From: an uncultured Gemmatimonadota bacterium
GTDB taxonomy: Bacteria > JAAXHH01
Reading direction: 5' to 3'
DNA: 64,000 nucleotides
NCBI GenBank assembly: GCA_951812955.1
Contig: OX638340.1
Coordinates: 2,912,001 to 2,976,000 of the forward strand
Of this stretch, positions 1-9,822 are shown piece by piece. Both the position numbers and the translations under genes were made by a program. The notes under the pieces were generated by a model that made no database searches, was not told the origin of the DNA, and was given only the letters and a program-made list of their open reading frames with translations. Positions within the stretch are counted from its first letter, which is position 1; every line of letters starts with the position of its first letter.

Positions 1-96
1 ATGTCACCTCGCGACCTTTCCCGGAGATGACGCTGGGCTTCTCAGCGATCTTCTAGCTACTCCCTTCGTCCACATGACTATCTGAATCTAAAGCAA

Positions 97-1548
97 ATGG
101 ATCACCATATGAACAGAGCGGCCTCGGCGCTGATTATCGCCGGCGGCGCGGGCGTGCGCCTTCAAACGGTAACCGGCCAGGTTCCCAAACCCTTGATGAA
201 GCTTTGCGGCGTGCCACTGATCAAGCGGATCATTTTGACAGCGGCCAGGGCCGGCATTTCGCGTTTCGTGATCGTAACGGGGTACCAGGCGGACCTCTTT
301 CACGAGGTCCTTTCGGACGATCCCGGCCTGGACGGCTGCCGGATCGAGTGGGTGCATAACGAGCGGTGGCACCTGCCCAACGGGGTTTCCGCCCTGGCCG
401 CCCGTTCCCGCCTGGCGGAACCGTTCGCGCTGCTCATGGCGGATCACCTCTTCGAGCAAAGTACGTTGGAGCGTCTGCTCGAGGAACCGGTCGCCGATGG
501 GGAATGTCTGCTCGCCGTCGACCGGAAAATCGATAGCGTGTACGACCTGGACGACGCCACCAAGGTCGAGGTGCGCGGGGACGAAGTTGTTCGCATCGAT
601 AAAGCGCTGCAGGAGTTCAATGCGGTAGACACGGGCATGTTCCTTTGTACGCCGGCACTGTTCGATGCCCTCGATGCCGTGGACGGACCGGAGGGGTGCG
701 CGTTGAGCGACGGCGTCCGGGCGCTGGCGGAAGACGGGAGGATACACGCCTTCGACGTCGGCGATGGATTCTGGCAGGACGTGGATACGCCCGAAATGCT
801 GGCGCACGGCGAAAAGAACCTCCTGGAGCGCCTAGTAAAGCCCACGGATGGCTGGATCGCCCGGTACTTGAACCGGCCGGTTTCGACCCGTCTCAGCCGA
901 TGGCTGGTCCGGACGCCGATCACCCCCAACATGGTGACCCTGGTCACCTTCCTGACCGGCCTGGCCGGAGCGTGGTTCGTGATGGGCGGCACGTACTGGA
1001 CGGTACTTCTTGGCGCCTTTCTTTTCCAGGTTTCGTCCATCCTCGATGGATGCGACGGGGAGGTGGCGGTCCTGACCTTCCGCGAGTCGAAATACGGTTC
1101 ATGGCTCGACACGATCACGGACAACCTGACCTACCTGGCGTTTTTCTCCGCCGTTGTCTGGGCCTATGCGGGCGGTTCCGACGTAACGGCAATCCGGTAC
1201 CTCGGCCTGGTATCCGTCGCCGTGGTGACCGCGTCGATTCTCGCGATGTACTACTACCTGATGCAGACCGGGGGAAGCGGAAGTCTCGTAAGGTTCAACC
1301 GCGCCTTCGAAAGACACGCCGTCGGGCGGCGCCGCAACCTCTCCGCCAGGCTGCTCAATCTGTTTCGGATGATGTGCAAAAGGGATTTCTTTACCTTGTT
1401 GTTGCTGGTTTTTGCCGCAATCGGACTCCTGAACTGGATGTTCTGGACCGTAACGGCCGGCGGCCTGGCCATGGGTCTGGCCATATTCATTTCGACGGGG
1501 CGGCTGTTGGCGCGGGACCGGGCGGTTGAGCAGATGGAGCGCTCATGA
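97..1548 (+). CDS. Bifunctional-type nucleotidyltransferase + CDP-alcohol phosphatidyltransferase (IPCT/DIPPS-like architecture)
   Basis: N-terminus ALIIAGGAGVRLQ...KPL resembles sugar/alcohol-phosphate nucleotidyltransferases. Hydrophobic C-terminal half carries the CDP-alcohol phosphotransferase motif DGCDGEVAV...G...G...D. The start may be ATG 109 (MNRAAS). The stop overlaps the next ATG (ATGA at 1545). Confidence 0.6.
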   Translation: MDHHMNRAASALIIAGGAGVRLQTVTGQVPKPLMKLCGVPLIKRIILTAARAGISRFVIVTGYQADLFHEVLSDDPGLDGCRIEWVHNERWHLPNGVSALAARSRLAEPFALLMADHLFEQSTLERLLEEPVADGECLLAVDRKIDSVYDLDDATKVEVRGDEVVRIDKALQEFNAVDTGMFLCTPALFDALDAVDGPEGCALSDGVRALAEDGRIHAFDVGDGFWQDVDTPEMLAHGEKNLLERLVKPTDGWIARYLNRPVSTRLSRWLVRTPITPNMVTLVTFLTGLAGAWFVMGGTYWTVLLGAFLFQVSSILDGCDGEVAVLTFRESKYGSWLDTITDNLTYLAFFSAVVWAYAGGSDVTAIRYLGLVSVAVVTASILAMYYYLMQTGGSGSLVRFNRAFERHAVGRRRNLSARLLNLFRMMCKRDFFTLLLLVFAAIGLLNWMFWTVTAGGLAMGLAIFISTGRLLARDRAVEQMERS

Positions 1549-2318
1549 GCGGATTACTGTACCATGTACGGGGACTTTTTACCCTCCGGATCAGGAAGGA
1601 TCTCAACTTCCGCAGGGTCCAGGAAACGGTCCCGGCGCTGCGCTGGCTGAAGCCGCGCAGGGGCGAGCGGATTCTCGATATAGGCTGCGGAGAAGGGACC
1701 TATGATTACCGGGTCGCCATGCGAGGCGCCGAGGTATTCGGTTTAGATTTGAACCGGCACCAATTGCGGCGTGCCGCGTCCTATCACAAGACCCCTTCGA
1801 CGGGATTCTTCTGTGCCGATGCGGGCGCGTTCCCCGTTCGCTCGGGACAGTTCGACACGGTCATGAGCCTGTGCGTCTTCGAGCACCTGCCGGACGACCG
1901 ACAGACGCTGAGGGAGATGTGGCGCGTATTGCGGCCCGGGGGACGCATCCTGTTGACGCTGGACAGTCTGAGCCTCGGGGGGATCGGCGAGGCGTGGCGC
2001 GACGAGCACCGGGAACGTCACAGCGTCCTTCAATTCTATTCGCATCCGTCGGTCGGCTCGTTGCTGGAGGCGTGTGGGTTCAGACTGATAAGACACCGCT
2101 ACCTGCTTCGTTCGAAGCTGGACCTGGCGCTGATCCGGTTGAGCTATGCTACCGAGCGCATGCACGCGATCCCGGCGGCGCTGGTCCGATTGGGGCTGGT
2201 ATCGATCGGCCGGGCAGTGTCTGCGGTTTTTAACCTGTTCACGAAAAACCACGGGGGATGGACGCTGTTGATCGAAGCAGACAGGAAGACCCCCCGTCCG
2301 GCGAATTCCCCACCATGA
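1545..2318 (+). CDS. Class I SAM-dependent methyltransferase
   Basis: ILDIGCGEGTY glycine-rich SAM-binding motif followed by acidic residue and VMSLCVFEH. The start overlaps the upstream stop. Confidence 0.6.
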   Translation: MSGLLYHVRGLFTLRIRKDLNFRRVQETVPALRWLKPRRGERILDIGCGEGTYDYRVAMRGAEVFGLDLNRHQLRRAASYHKTPSTGFFCADAGAFPVRSGQFDTVMSLCVFEHLPDDRQTLREMWRVLRPGGRILLTLDSLSLGGIGEAWRDEHRERHSVLQFYSHPSVGSLLEACGFRLIRHRYLLRSKLDLALIRLSYATERMHAIPAALVRLGLVSIGRAVSAVFNLFTKNHGGWTLLIEADRKTPRPANSPP

Positions 2319-3868
2319 AGCGTACCCTTGAGCAAACGGTTCCGGACCGGTCCGACACCGACGCATCGGCGATCGCCCGGGGCGCGGCCGTCAATTTCAT
2401 CGGAACGGTGGCGCGGCTTACCAAGTCCGTGTCGTTCATCGTCCTTACGCGGCTGTTCGGCGCCGAGATTTTCGGCCTGTACATGCTCGGATGGACCATC
2501 GTGGATCTCGTGGGAAAGGTGGCCCAGTTCTCGTTGGACAAGGGCTTGATCAATTTCATCCCGCGTATGCGCGAGGACGGGAAGAAGGACGCCATCCACC
2601 GAATCATCGCGCAGGCCCTGGGCGTGGGCCTGCTGCTGAGCGTTGGGGTCGGCGCCGCGCTATATGTCGGCGCGCCCGCGCTGGCCGAAGGGCTGCTCGA
2701 AAAGCCACGGCTCACCGGCATGCTGCGGTTGTTGGCGATCGGACTGCCGCTAATCGCCCTGACCCACATCATTTTGGGCGTCACCCGGGCTCACAAAGTC
2801 ATGAAGTACGACGCCATGGTCCGGGGCGCGGTCGAGCCGCTGGTGCTATTCGGGGCGGCCTGCGCCTTGTTCTACTGGGGCTGGCGCACCTACGGCATCG
2901 CCGCGGCCCACCTGGCCGCGCTGACCGGCGGCCTGCTGTTCGCCGTTTACGTGTTCACCAGGTTCTATTCCTGGCGTGCCTGTCTCGTCCACCTGCGCGA
3001 ACTGCGTTTCGTCACTCCGCTGACCCGATTCTCGCTGCCGGTAATGGGCTATGAACTGGTCTACATGGCCATGATACGTCTTGACGTGCTCATGGTCGGC
3101 TACTTCCTGCCGGCGGCGCAGGTGGGCATCTACGTGATCGCGGTCGAAATCGCCTTGCTGACCAAGAAGGTCCGCCAGTGGTTCGACCCGATTTTCAGTC
3201 CCATCGTCGCCGAACTGAATCACCGCAACGACCTGCCGCGGCTGGAGCGCAACCTCAGGCTGGTCACCCGGTGGGTCCTGACCATCGGCGTGGGGTTCCT
3301 CTGCGTCATAGCACTGATCGGCAATGAATTGCTGGGGCTGTTCGGTCCGGCATTCGTCACCGGGTTCATGGCGATGGTCGTCCTGGCCATGAGCCAGGTC
3401 GTATATGCCGCCATGGGTTCTGGCGATACCGTGCTCATCATGTCGGGCCGGCCCTATCTGAATCTCATCAACACGGTCGTGGTCGTAGCAGTGAATTTCG
3501 CCCTGAACCTGTGGCTGATACCATCCCTGGGCATCCTGGGCGCCGCCCTGGGAACGCTGGTATCCTTCGGCCTGCTGACACTAACGCGCCTGGTCGAGGT
3601 ATACCACCTGTTCCGGATCCATCCCCTGGACTGGCGCATTTTGAAGCCCTGCGCCGCAGCGGTCGTCGCCTTCGCATGCGCGTACATGGCGGGGGCCTAC
3701 GCGCCTGATGCCCCGTGGTTGCGCATGGCCGCGCTGCCTCTGATTTTCCTGGCCCCCTATCTCGGTGTGCTGTTCCTGATGGGTTTGGAAGAGGATGACC
3801 GGATCGTGCTCCGGCGCCTGCGGGGGCGGTGGGCACGAAGACGTGGGCACCGAGCTTCAGCGCCATGA
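2315..3868 (+). CDS. MOP-superfamily polysaccharide/oligosaccharide flippase (Wzx-like)
   Basis: About 14 predicted TM helices with the typical Wzx/polysaccharide-biosynthesis-protein layout. ATG 2315 (MKRTLEQ) overlaps the methyltransferase stop (ATGA). The track ORF starts earlier at 2258. Confidence 0.55.
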   Translation: MKRTLEQTVPDRSDTDASAIARGAAVNFIGTVARLTKSVSFIVLTRLFGAEIFGLYMLGWTIVDLVGKVAQFSLDKGLINFIPRMREDGKKDAIHRIIAQALGVGLLLSVGVGAALYVGAPALAEGLLEKPRLTGMLRLLAIGLPLIALTHIILGVTRAHKVMKYDAMVRGAVEPLVLFGAACALFYWGWRTYGIAAAHLAALTGGLLFAVYVFTRFYSWRACLVHLRELRFVTPLTRFSLPVMGYELVYMAMIRLDVLMVGYFLPAAQVGIYVIAVEIALLTKKVRQWFDPIFSPIVAELNHRNDLPRLERNLRLVTRWVLTIGVGFLCVIALIGNELLGLFGPAFVTGFMAMVVLAMSQVVYAAMGSGDTVLIMSGRPYLNLINTVVVVAVNFALNLWLIPSLGILGAALGTLVSFGLLTLTRLVEVYHLFRIHPLDWRILKPCAAAVVAFACAYMAGAYAPDAPWLRMAALPLIFLAPYLGVLFLMGLEEDDRIVLRRLRGRWARRRGHRASAP

Positions 3869-3940
3869 CGTTAGTGGTCCGGCGCCTGCGGGGCCTGTGC
3901 GGCCCGCCGCCTCTACCCGGTAAGAGGCCAAGCGCAAGCC

Positions 3941-5284
3941 GTGGGATGGAGGGGAGCGCGTACTTGGGACATCTGTCGACGGGGAGACTTGGTTATTTTG
4001 AATTACAGCGTGGTATTGTTCGCCGATACGGATGACATCACAGCCGGCGCCGGTCGATCGGTTTACGGCATTTCTCTGTTGGAACGGCACCTTCGGGTCT
4101 TTGCTTCCCTGGGGGCCCGGCGGGTAACCGTGGTCGGACCTGCACCCGGCCGGGGTTCGAAGGTCCGAGTCGACGGATTCGACGAACGCTGGTTCGCTGA
4201 GCTGCGCGCCGTCGACTGCGTGGGGGCCGAAGAAAGCCCTGCCCGCTGGCTGCCCGGGAAGGACGAAGTGGCCCTGGTGCTGGACGCCCACCACCTGTAT
4301 GACCCGCGTGTCCTGCGGGCCATGGTCGAAGGCGGCCCGAACCGTAAAGCCGCGGACTCGGCAGTCAGGGAATCCTGCAGGCTGCTGGTGGCCGACGCAG
4401 ACCTGCTCGCAAGCCTCACAGCGTGCTGGAACGGCTCCGAATCACTATGGTCATCGCTGGACTCGGCGCGGGAATCGACCTGCCCGGTATTCGATCTCCG
4501 CGAAATGGACCCCTATATCGTGGATCTGCGCCGAAGCCTGCCCCCCTGGTGGGTGGTCCTGGGTTCGGACCGGAAAGCGCGCCGGGCGGAGGCGCTTCTG
4601 ATCAATGCCGCACAGAAGGGAACGCTGGATTTTCCGGCGGAATTCATACATCCACCCCTGGAGAACCTGCTTACAAAGTGGATCTCGGCCGGAACCGTGA
4701 CGCCTAACCAGGTAACCACCCTCACCATATTGCTGGCCTTCCTGACCACCGGCCTGCTGGCCGTGGGGCAATCGGGCCCGGGTTACACGGCCGCCGGACT
4801 GATCATCGCCTTCATCGTCGGAGTACTGGACGGGGTCGACGGCAAGTTGGCCCGTGTTACGGTGCGATGCACGCGGTTCGGGGACCGATTTGAACACATC
4901 CTGGACGTGATCTGGGAGCTGACCTGGTACTGGGCCCTGGGGTGGATGCTCGGCGGCAGTGGCGATGTGGCGGGGCCTTTCGTGCTCGCTTCGGTAATCA
5001 CGCTCTTTTATCTGCTTGACAAGACGGCCACGGGGATGTTCAAGTCACGGCAGGGAATCGAACTGTTTGACTACGAGCCCATGGATCGCTTTTTTCGCCG
5101 TATCGGCGCCCGGCGCAACACGAACGTCCTGCTGCTGCTGGGTGGTACGGCGGCAGGTATGCTGGAGGAAGCGTTTACATGCGTGGCCATCTGGACGGTG
5201 ATTACGGCGGCGTTTCACTGGACGCGGGCGATCTGGGTGCTGTCGAAGCCGACATCGGCCGGCGATGTGAAACGGCTTCCTTAA
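3941..5284 (+). CDS. CDP-alcohol phosphatidyltransferase with degenerate N-terminal nucleotidyltransferase-like domain
   Basis: C-terminal motif DGVDGKLARVTVRCTRFGDRFEHILD matches D-x2-DG-x2-AR-x8-G-x3-G-x3-D. The N-terminal 220 aa align with the fold of the 97..1548 N-domain but lack GxGxRL. The start is GTG or TTG and uncertain. Confidence 0.5.
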   Translation: MGWRGARTWDICRRGDLVILNYSVVLFADTDDITAGAGRSVYGISLLERHLRVFASLGARRVTVVGPAPGRGSKVRVDGFDERWFAELRAVDCVGAEESPARWLPGKDEVALVLDAHHLYDPRVLRAMVEGGPNRKAADSAVRESCRLLVADADLLASLTACWNGSESLWSSLDSARESTCPVFDLREMDPYIVDLRRSLPPWWVVLGSDRKARRAEALLINAAQKGTLDFPAEFIHPPLENLLTKWISAGTVTPNQVTTLTILLAFLTTGLLAVGQSGPGYTAAGLIIAFIVGVLDGVDGKLARVTVRCTRFGDRFEHILDVIWELTWYWALGWMLGGSGDVAGPFVLASVITLFYLLDKTATGMFKSRQGIELFDYEPMDRFFRRIGARRNTNVLLLLGGTAAGMLEEAFTCVAIWTVITAAFHWTRAIWVLSKPTSAGDVKRLP

Positions 5285-5301
5285 CGCCAGCCACGATTTC
5301 T

Positions 5302-5337
5302 CCCGGGCATGGGCCGGCCCATGCCCGTTAATTTGGA
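5302..5337 (+). terminator. Intrinsic terminator-like GC palindrome after 3941..5284
   Basis: cccgggcatgggcc/ggcccatgcccg perfect palindrome followed by ttaatttgg. Confidence 0.45.
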
Positions 5338-5363
5338 TCAAAAAGTGGAATTGTGCGTCTAAT

Positions 5364-6803
5364 ATGCTTGATAATGAGCGAGTCGGCCATGGCTGTGCGT
5401 CGACGCTTGTGCTAAGCGGAGGCATCGTGTTTCGTTTCCTGGTCCACATCCTGGCGGTATCTCTGATCACGGGGCCGGCGGTCGCACAGGGATCGGACCG
5501 TCCCGTACAGGCCGTCCAATCCGTCCGGATGACGCTGGAGCAGTGCGTGGACAGGGCGTTGACGGTCAGTCCTGATATCGAGCAGGCGGCCCTTGCCGTC
5601 GAAGGCCTGGAAGCCAGGTTGAGCGAAGCGAAATTTGCGGGCATCGCACCCCGGTTGCAGTGGACCAACATCTTCGGTCCGGCGCCCGGCATAAAAGGCG
5701 ATACAGAACGGGTCGAGACCATCCGGAGCGACCTGTCCGACCTGGGCGTTTTTTCCCGCACGCAGATCGAATTGGTCCAGCCGCTGTATACCTTCGGGAA
5801 GCTCAGCAATGCGAAGAAGGCGGCCGGATACGGTCTCGAGGCGGGCGAGGCCGCCGTGGAATCCAGGAAGCACGACGTGGCCTTCCAGGTTAAGAAACTG
5901 TTCTACGGACTCGTGTTGGCCCGTGAACTCAGGGAAATCATTCTGGAAAGCGAAGAAAGCGTACGTGAAGCCCGGGAGCGCGTCAACGAGATGATCGAGG
6001 AGGATTCGGAAGATGTCGGCCAGAACGACCTGTTGAAAATCGATGTCTTCGAGTATGAAGTGCAACAGAGCCGGGCGCGGGCCGAGAAGTCGATCGAAAT
6101 AGGGAAGGCGGCGCTGAAATCGGTGCTTGAAATCGATCGCTCCAGCGATTTCGATATCGTCGACACGACCGCGGAACCCAGTACGGCAGACCTCGACGGA
6201 CTGGAATTCTACATCGAACAGGCGAAGAACCGGCGGTACGACATCCGGCAGCTCAGGGCCGGCGTGCTGGCCCGCCGCGCGCTGCTGAAGGTAGCCCGGA
6301 GCGACTACTACCCCCAGATCGCCCTTGCGGGGTCCATCCAGTGGGGTATCGCGCCCCACCGGCCGGAACTCGACAATCCGTTCCTCAGGGACGAGTTCAA
6401 TTTCCTGCGGGGGGGCGCGGTGATTACCTTGCGGCAGAACTTCAATTTCGGCCTGACCCGCGCGAAGTACCAGGCCAGGAAAGTGGAGCTGGAAGCGCTG
6501 GTGACCAGGGAATCACAGGCGATGAACGCGATCGAACTGCAGGTGGAATCGACCTACCGGGACGTGATCGAGGCCCGTACCAACGTCGTCAACAGCGACC
6601 GGGCGCTTCGCTCCGCCAGGGCATGGCTGACATCGGCAAAGCTGGGCTTCGACATCACGGGAGACAGTTCGGAATTGCTGGACGCCTTCACCGCGCACGC
6701 GAAAATGCAACATGCACACCGGCAGTCGCTTTTCCAGTACCGGGTTTCGCTGGCCGAACTCGATCACGTAACCGGTAACGGGATTTCAAATGTGCGGCGC
6801 TGA
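5364..6803 (+). CDS. TolC-family outer membrane efflux protein (outer membrane factor)
   Basis: Two-repeat coiled-coil/beta architecture with typical OMF sequence (LTLEQCVDRAL...; the ATG 5364 frame reads MTLEQCV only if the internal M is used). Probable true start is GTG 5430 (MFRFLVHILAVSLITGPAVAQ signal peptide) preceded by GGAGG. Confidence 0.6.
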   Translation: MLDNERVGHGCASTLVLSGGIVFRFLVHILAVSLITGPAVAQGSDRPVQAVQSVRMTLEQCVDRALTVSPDIEQAALAVEGLEARLSEAKFAGIAPRLQWTNIFGPAPGIKGDTERVETIRSDLSDLGVFSRTQIELVQPLYTFGKLSNAKKAAGYGLEAGEAAVESRKHDVAFQVKKLFYGLVLARELREIILESEESVREARERVNEMIEEDSEDVGQNDLLKIDVFEYEVQQSRARAEKSIEIGKAALKSVLEIDRSSDFDIVDTTAEPSTADLDGLEFYIEQAKNRRYDIRQLRAGVLARRALLKVARSDYYPQIALAGSIQWGIAPHRPELDNPFLRDEFNFLRGGAVITLRQNFNFGLTRAKYQARKVELEALVTRESQAMNAIELQVESTYRDVIEARTNVVNSDRALRSARAWLTSAKLGFDITGDSSELLDAFTAHAKMQHAHRQSLFQYRVSLAELDHVTGNGISNVRR

Positions 6804-6824
6804 CACACGGAACGGAGGATGGTC

Positions 6825-7655
6825 ATGAAGAATCGACGTGCGGGGGCGGGCAGGACGCTCAGTCTGGTGGCTGGCACCGTCCTGTTGCTCATTGCCACGT
6901 TCATCGATCCGTCTTCCGTCCTTCGCACGGACTCAGCGGATAAAGGAACGCCGCCCCGATTTTCCGTGCTGGGGATCGACTCTTTTGTTCCGGCAGCCGC
7001 GCGGGCGGATCATCCTCAACGCCGCGATGATCGTCGTGCGTCCGTCCTCATCGATGGCTTCGACAGTTCGGCCCCGGGCAGCTTCCCCCTGACCTGGAAG
7101 GCCTGGCGGGGAGACGATGACCTGGCTCGAAAAACGTATACGATCCGGGAGGAAAACGGAAACCGGTATCTCCACGCCGCCGACGACGGCTCATCCATCA
7201 TCATTCGCAAGCAGCTTAGCGAATGGGATGCGAACGAATACCCGGTGCTGTCATGGCGCTGGAGGGCGAAGGTCCTGCCCGAAGACGGAGATGAACGCAT
7301 CGGTTCCAGGAACGACAGTTCAGTGGCCGTGTACGTGGTCCTGGATCAGAACTTCATCGGCGTGCCCAAAACCCTGAAGTACGTCTGGAGTACCACCCTG
7401 CCGGTCGGCACCCATCACCGCCGCGACGGTATTGGCCGTCCCCACGTGATCGTGCTCGAAAGCGGTACGGAGAAGCTCGGGGAATGGGTCAAGGAGTCGG
7501 TCGACGTGTATGCGGACTATGTCCGGATCTTCGGGAAAAAGCCGCCCCGGAAAGCCGTAGGGATCGGTATTCTTACGGATGGCAACGCGACGGGAACGGA
7601 CTCGAAGGGGGATTACGACGACTTCATGGTTCATCGCCGGAACACCGGGTCCTGA
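6825..7655 (+). CDS. Secreted DUF3047-like protein
   Basis: Signal peptide MKNRRAGAGRTLSLVAGTVLLLIA. The central WKAWRGDDD...LSWRWRAKVLP block resembles DUF3047, a family assignment from memory. GGAGG RBS 6 nt upstream of ATG 6825. Confidence 0.35.
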   Translation: MKNRRAGAGRTLSLVAGTVLLLIATFIDPSSVLRTDSADKGTPPRFSVLGIDSFVPAAARADHPQRRDDRRASVLIDGFDSSAPGSFPLTWKAWRGDDDLARKTYTIREENGNRYLHAADDGSSIIIRKQLSEWDANEYPVLSWRWRAKVLPEDGDERIGSRNDSSVAVYVVLDQNFIGVPKTLKYVWSTTLPVGTHHRRDGIGRPHVIVLESGTEKLGEWVKESVDVYADYVRIFGKKPPRKAVGIGILTDGNATGTDSKGDYDDFMVHRRNTGS

Positions 7656-7690
7656 CCCGTCAATTCCGGCCGGAAGGTAGGAGGAAGAAA

Positions 7691-8290
7691 ATGCATGCTA
7701 TTTGCCGCGCACTCCGCCCCTTGGGACCACTTGTCGCCTGGGCGGCGGTGTCGTTGATCGCTTTCGGGAGTAACGCGCAGGAATACTCGCCCATCGAGAC
7801 CCTGAAACAGCGGGACGCCGCGTTACTCGGCCTGGATGGAGCCACCACCGAAGCGGCACGGGACAGTCTCGTGCGCCGGGCCGTCGTCGAGGGGTTCGAT
7901 TTCGTACGACACAGCCGTATCTCGCTCGGCAGGCACTGGCGGGAGAGGACGGACGCGGAACAAGAAGAATTCGTTTCGGTCCTGCGTAAGTGGACGGAAA
8001 ACCGGGCCCTCGACAAGTTGCGCAAGCGGTCGGACAGGACGACTTATGACGGAGAGGAGACCCGGGGCAGCAGGTCGCTGGTGAGAACCACGGTATGGTA
8101 CAAGGGTACCAAAACACTCGTCGACTACAAGATGGAGTTGCAGGAAGGGCACTGGCTCATTTACGACATGGTCATCGACGGGGCGAGCGTCGCGCTGGCC
8201 AACCGGGACGCATTCTACAAGAAGATCAGCAGGACCTCCTACGACGAATTGCTCGATACCCTACTCGCAAAAACCCTTGAAATAGAGTAG
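7691..8290 (+). CDS. MlaC/Ttg2D-family periplasmic lipid-binding protein
   Basis: Signal peptide followed by the C-terminal block HWLIYDMVIDGASVALANRDAFYKKI...LLDTLLAK typical of MlaC/toluene-tolerance Ttg2D. AGGAGG 6 nt upstream of ATG 7691. Confidence 0.5.
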   Translation: MHAICRALRPLGPLVAWAAVSLIAFGSNAQEYSPIETLKQRDAALLGLDGATTEAARDSLVRRAVVEGFDFVRHSRISLGRHWRERTDAEQEEFVSVLRKWTENRALDKLRKRSDRTTYDGEETRGSRSLVRTTVWYKGTKTLVDYKMELQEGHWLIYDMVIDGASVALANRDAFYKKISRTSYDELLDTLLAKTLEIE

Positions 8291-8370
8291 TATTTCTTGT
8301 ATATTTCCGGGTCTGTGAGATATACTCGTTTCAAGCGGTATATTCATGTCCTAAGTTTTTAGGAGACAGA

Positions 8371-9813
8371 ATGGCGAAGACGGTATACGACCGGTGTATC
8401 TTTTTCCTCGTCGACGGCGCCCGCGAAGACGTCATGCGGGAAATGACCGAGGCGGGCGAACTGCCTGCCCTGCGGCGCTACGTGCTGGACAGGGGAGACT
8501 ACCGAAAGGCGGTGACTTCGTTTCCGTCCACGACCGGTCCGGCCCATGTGCCCTTTCTGACCGGTTGTACGCCCGGTTCGTGCAATCTCCCCGGAATCCG
8601 CTGGTTCGACCGGTCCCAGCCCAATGGTCTCACCCATTTCCGCCAGGCGCGCAGTTACGTGGGTCCGGGAGGCCTGTATATCGACCAGGACCTCAAGGAT
8701 GAAGTCCACACCATCTTCGAGTACTTCGAGCGCCCGGCGGGGGTCTTCAGTTTTGTGAACAGGGGATTGGGCATATTCGAAAACCGGACGCTGCTGACCA
8801 GGGGCTGGTACTGGCTATACGCCCATTACTCCGGCCAGTGGCAGGCCGTGGACGACGCGGCCTGGCGGTACATCGACCGGGCCGTTGACCAGGGCGCCGA
8901 TTTCCTGTCGGTCGTATTCCCCGCGGTGGACGAATACTCGCATTACACCGATCCATTTTCGGACGCCACGTTGAACGCGTACCGGGAATTCGACCGGGGG
9001 CTCGGCAGGTTGGCGGAGCGGCTTCAACGGCAGGACAGACTGGACAGTACGCTTTTCGTGATCTCCAGCGATCATGGCCTGACCTCTACGCACACGCACT
9101 TCGAACTTTGGTCGTTTTTTGACGAATTGGGATTCAACACGCTGTATTATCCCCGGATCCTGCGCAACGGATGCGACGCGGCAACTATGGTCTCGGGCAA
9201 CGGCATGGCGCATATCTACCTCAAGAAAGGCGACTCCTGGGAAGAAAGGCCTTCCTACGAGGAGATCCGCACGCTGGGGGAAACGGACCCGATCGAAGCC
9301 CTGCTGGGGCAGGAGGCGATCGACCTTGTGGCGGCGGTCCAGGATGACTCGGTCATCGTCTGCGGGCGCCGGGGGATCAGTGAAATTAGGGAGACGCCCG
9401 AAGGCATCGCGTACCGGGTTATTGAGGGCCAGGATCCGTTCGGCTATGGAGGCATCCCGGCTGAAGCGTCCGATGAGCAATTGCTCTCCGCCACGTTCGA
9501 CACGGACTATCCCGACGCGCCTTACCAATTGCTGCGTGTCCTCGGTTCTCCGCGGTCGGGCGATTTGATCGTCAGTGCGCGAAAAGGCTACGATCTGAGA
9601 TACCGGTACGAGCATCCTGAGCACAAGTCGACCCATGGTTCACTGCATCGCGACCATATGCACGTTCCCTTGATGATGAATACGGAGATTGCGGCGGACC
9701 ACGTGCGCACCGTGGACCTCTTCCCCGCCATGCTGAACCTGACGGGGCGTTTGGTCGAAGGAACTATTGACGGCAGAGATTCTGTCACCGCCGCTTCGCG
9801 TGCGGTGGCGTAG
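8371..9813 (+). CDS. Alkaline-phosphatase-superfamily phosphodiesterase (type I phosphodiesterase/nucleotide pyrophosphatase-like)
   Basis: FFLVDGAREDV, FPSTTGPAHVPFLTG and ISSDHGLT metal-ligand motifs of the NPP/AP superfamily. AGGAGA RBS upstream. Confidence 0.6.
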   Translation: MAKTVYDRCIFFLVDGAREDVMREMTEAGELPALRRYVLDRGDYRKAVTSFPSTTGPAHVPFLTGCTPGSCNLPGIRWFDRSQPNGLTHFRQARSYVGPGGLYIDQDLKDEVHTIFEYFERPAGVFSFVNRGLGIFENRTLLTRGWYWLYAHYSGQWQAVDDAAWRYIDRAVDQGADFLSVVFPAVDEYSHYTDPFSDATLNAYREFDRGLGRLAERLQRQDRLDSTLFVISSDHGLTSTHTHFELWSFFDELGFNTLYYPRILRNGCDAATMVSGNGMAHIYLKKGDSWEERPSYEEIRTLGETDPIEALLGQEAIDLVAAVQDDSVIVCGRRGISEIRETPEGIAYRVIEGQDPFGYGGIPAEASDEQLLSATFDTDYPDAPYQLLRVLGSPRSGDLIVSARKGYDLRYRYEHPEHKSTHGSLHRDHMHVPLMMNTEIAADHVRTVDLFPAMLNLTGRLVEGTIDGRDSVTAASRAVA

Positions 9814-9822
9814 GAGTAATCC

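Noticed and set aside
88-1124. Minus-strand ORFs 88..807 and 444..1124 overlapping the first gene
   Set aside because: Antisense to the nucleotidyltransferase/CDP-alcohol transferase CDS, with Arg/Pro-rich nonsense translation.
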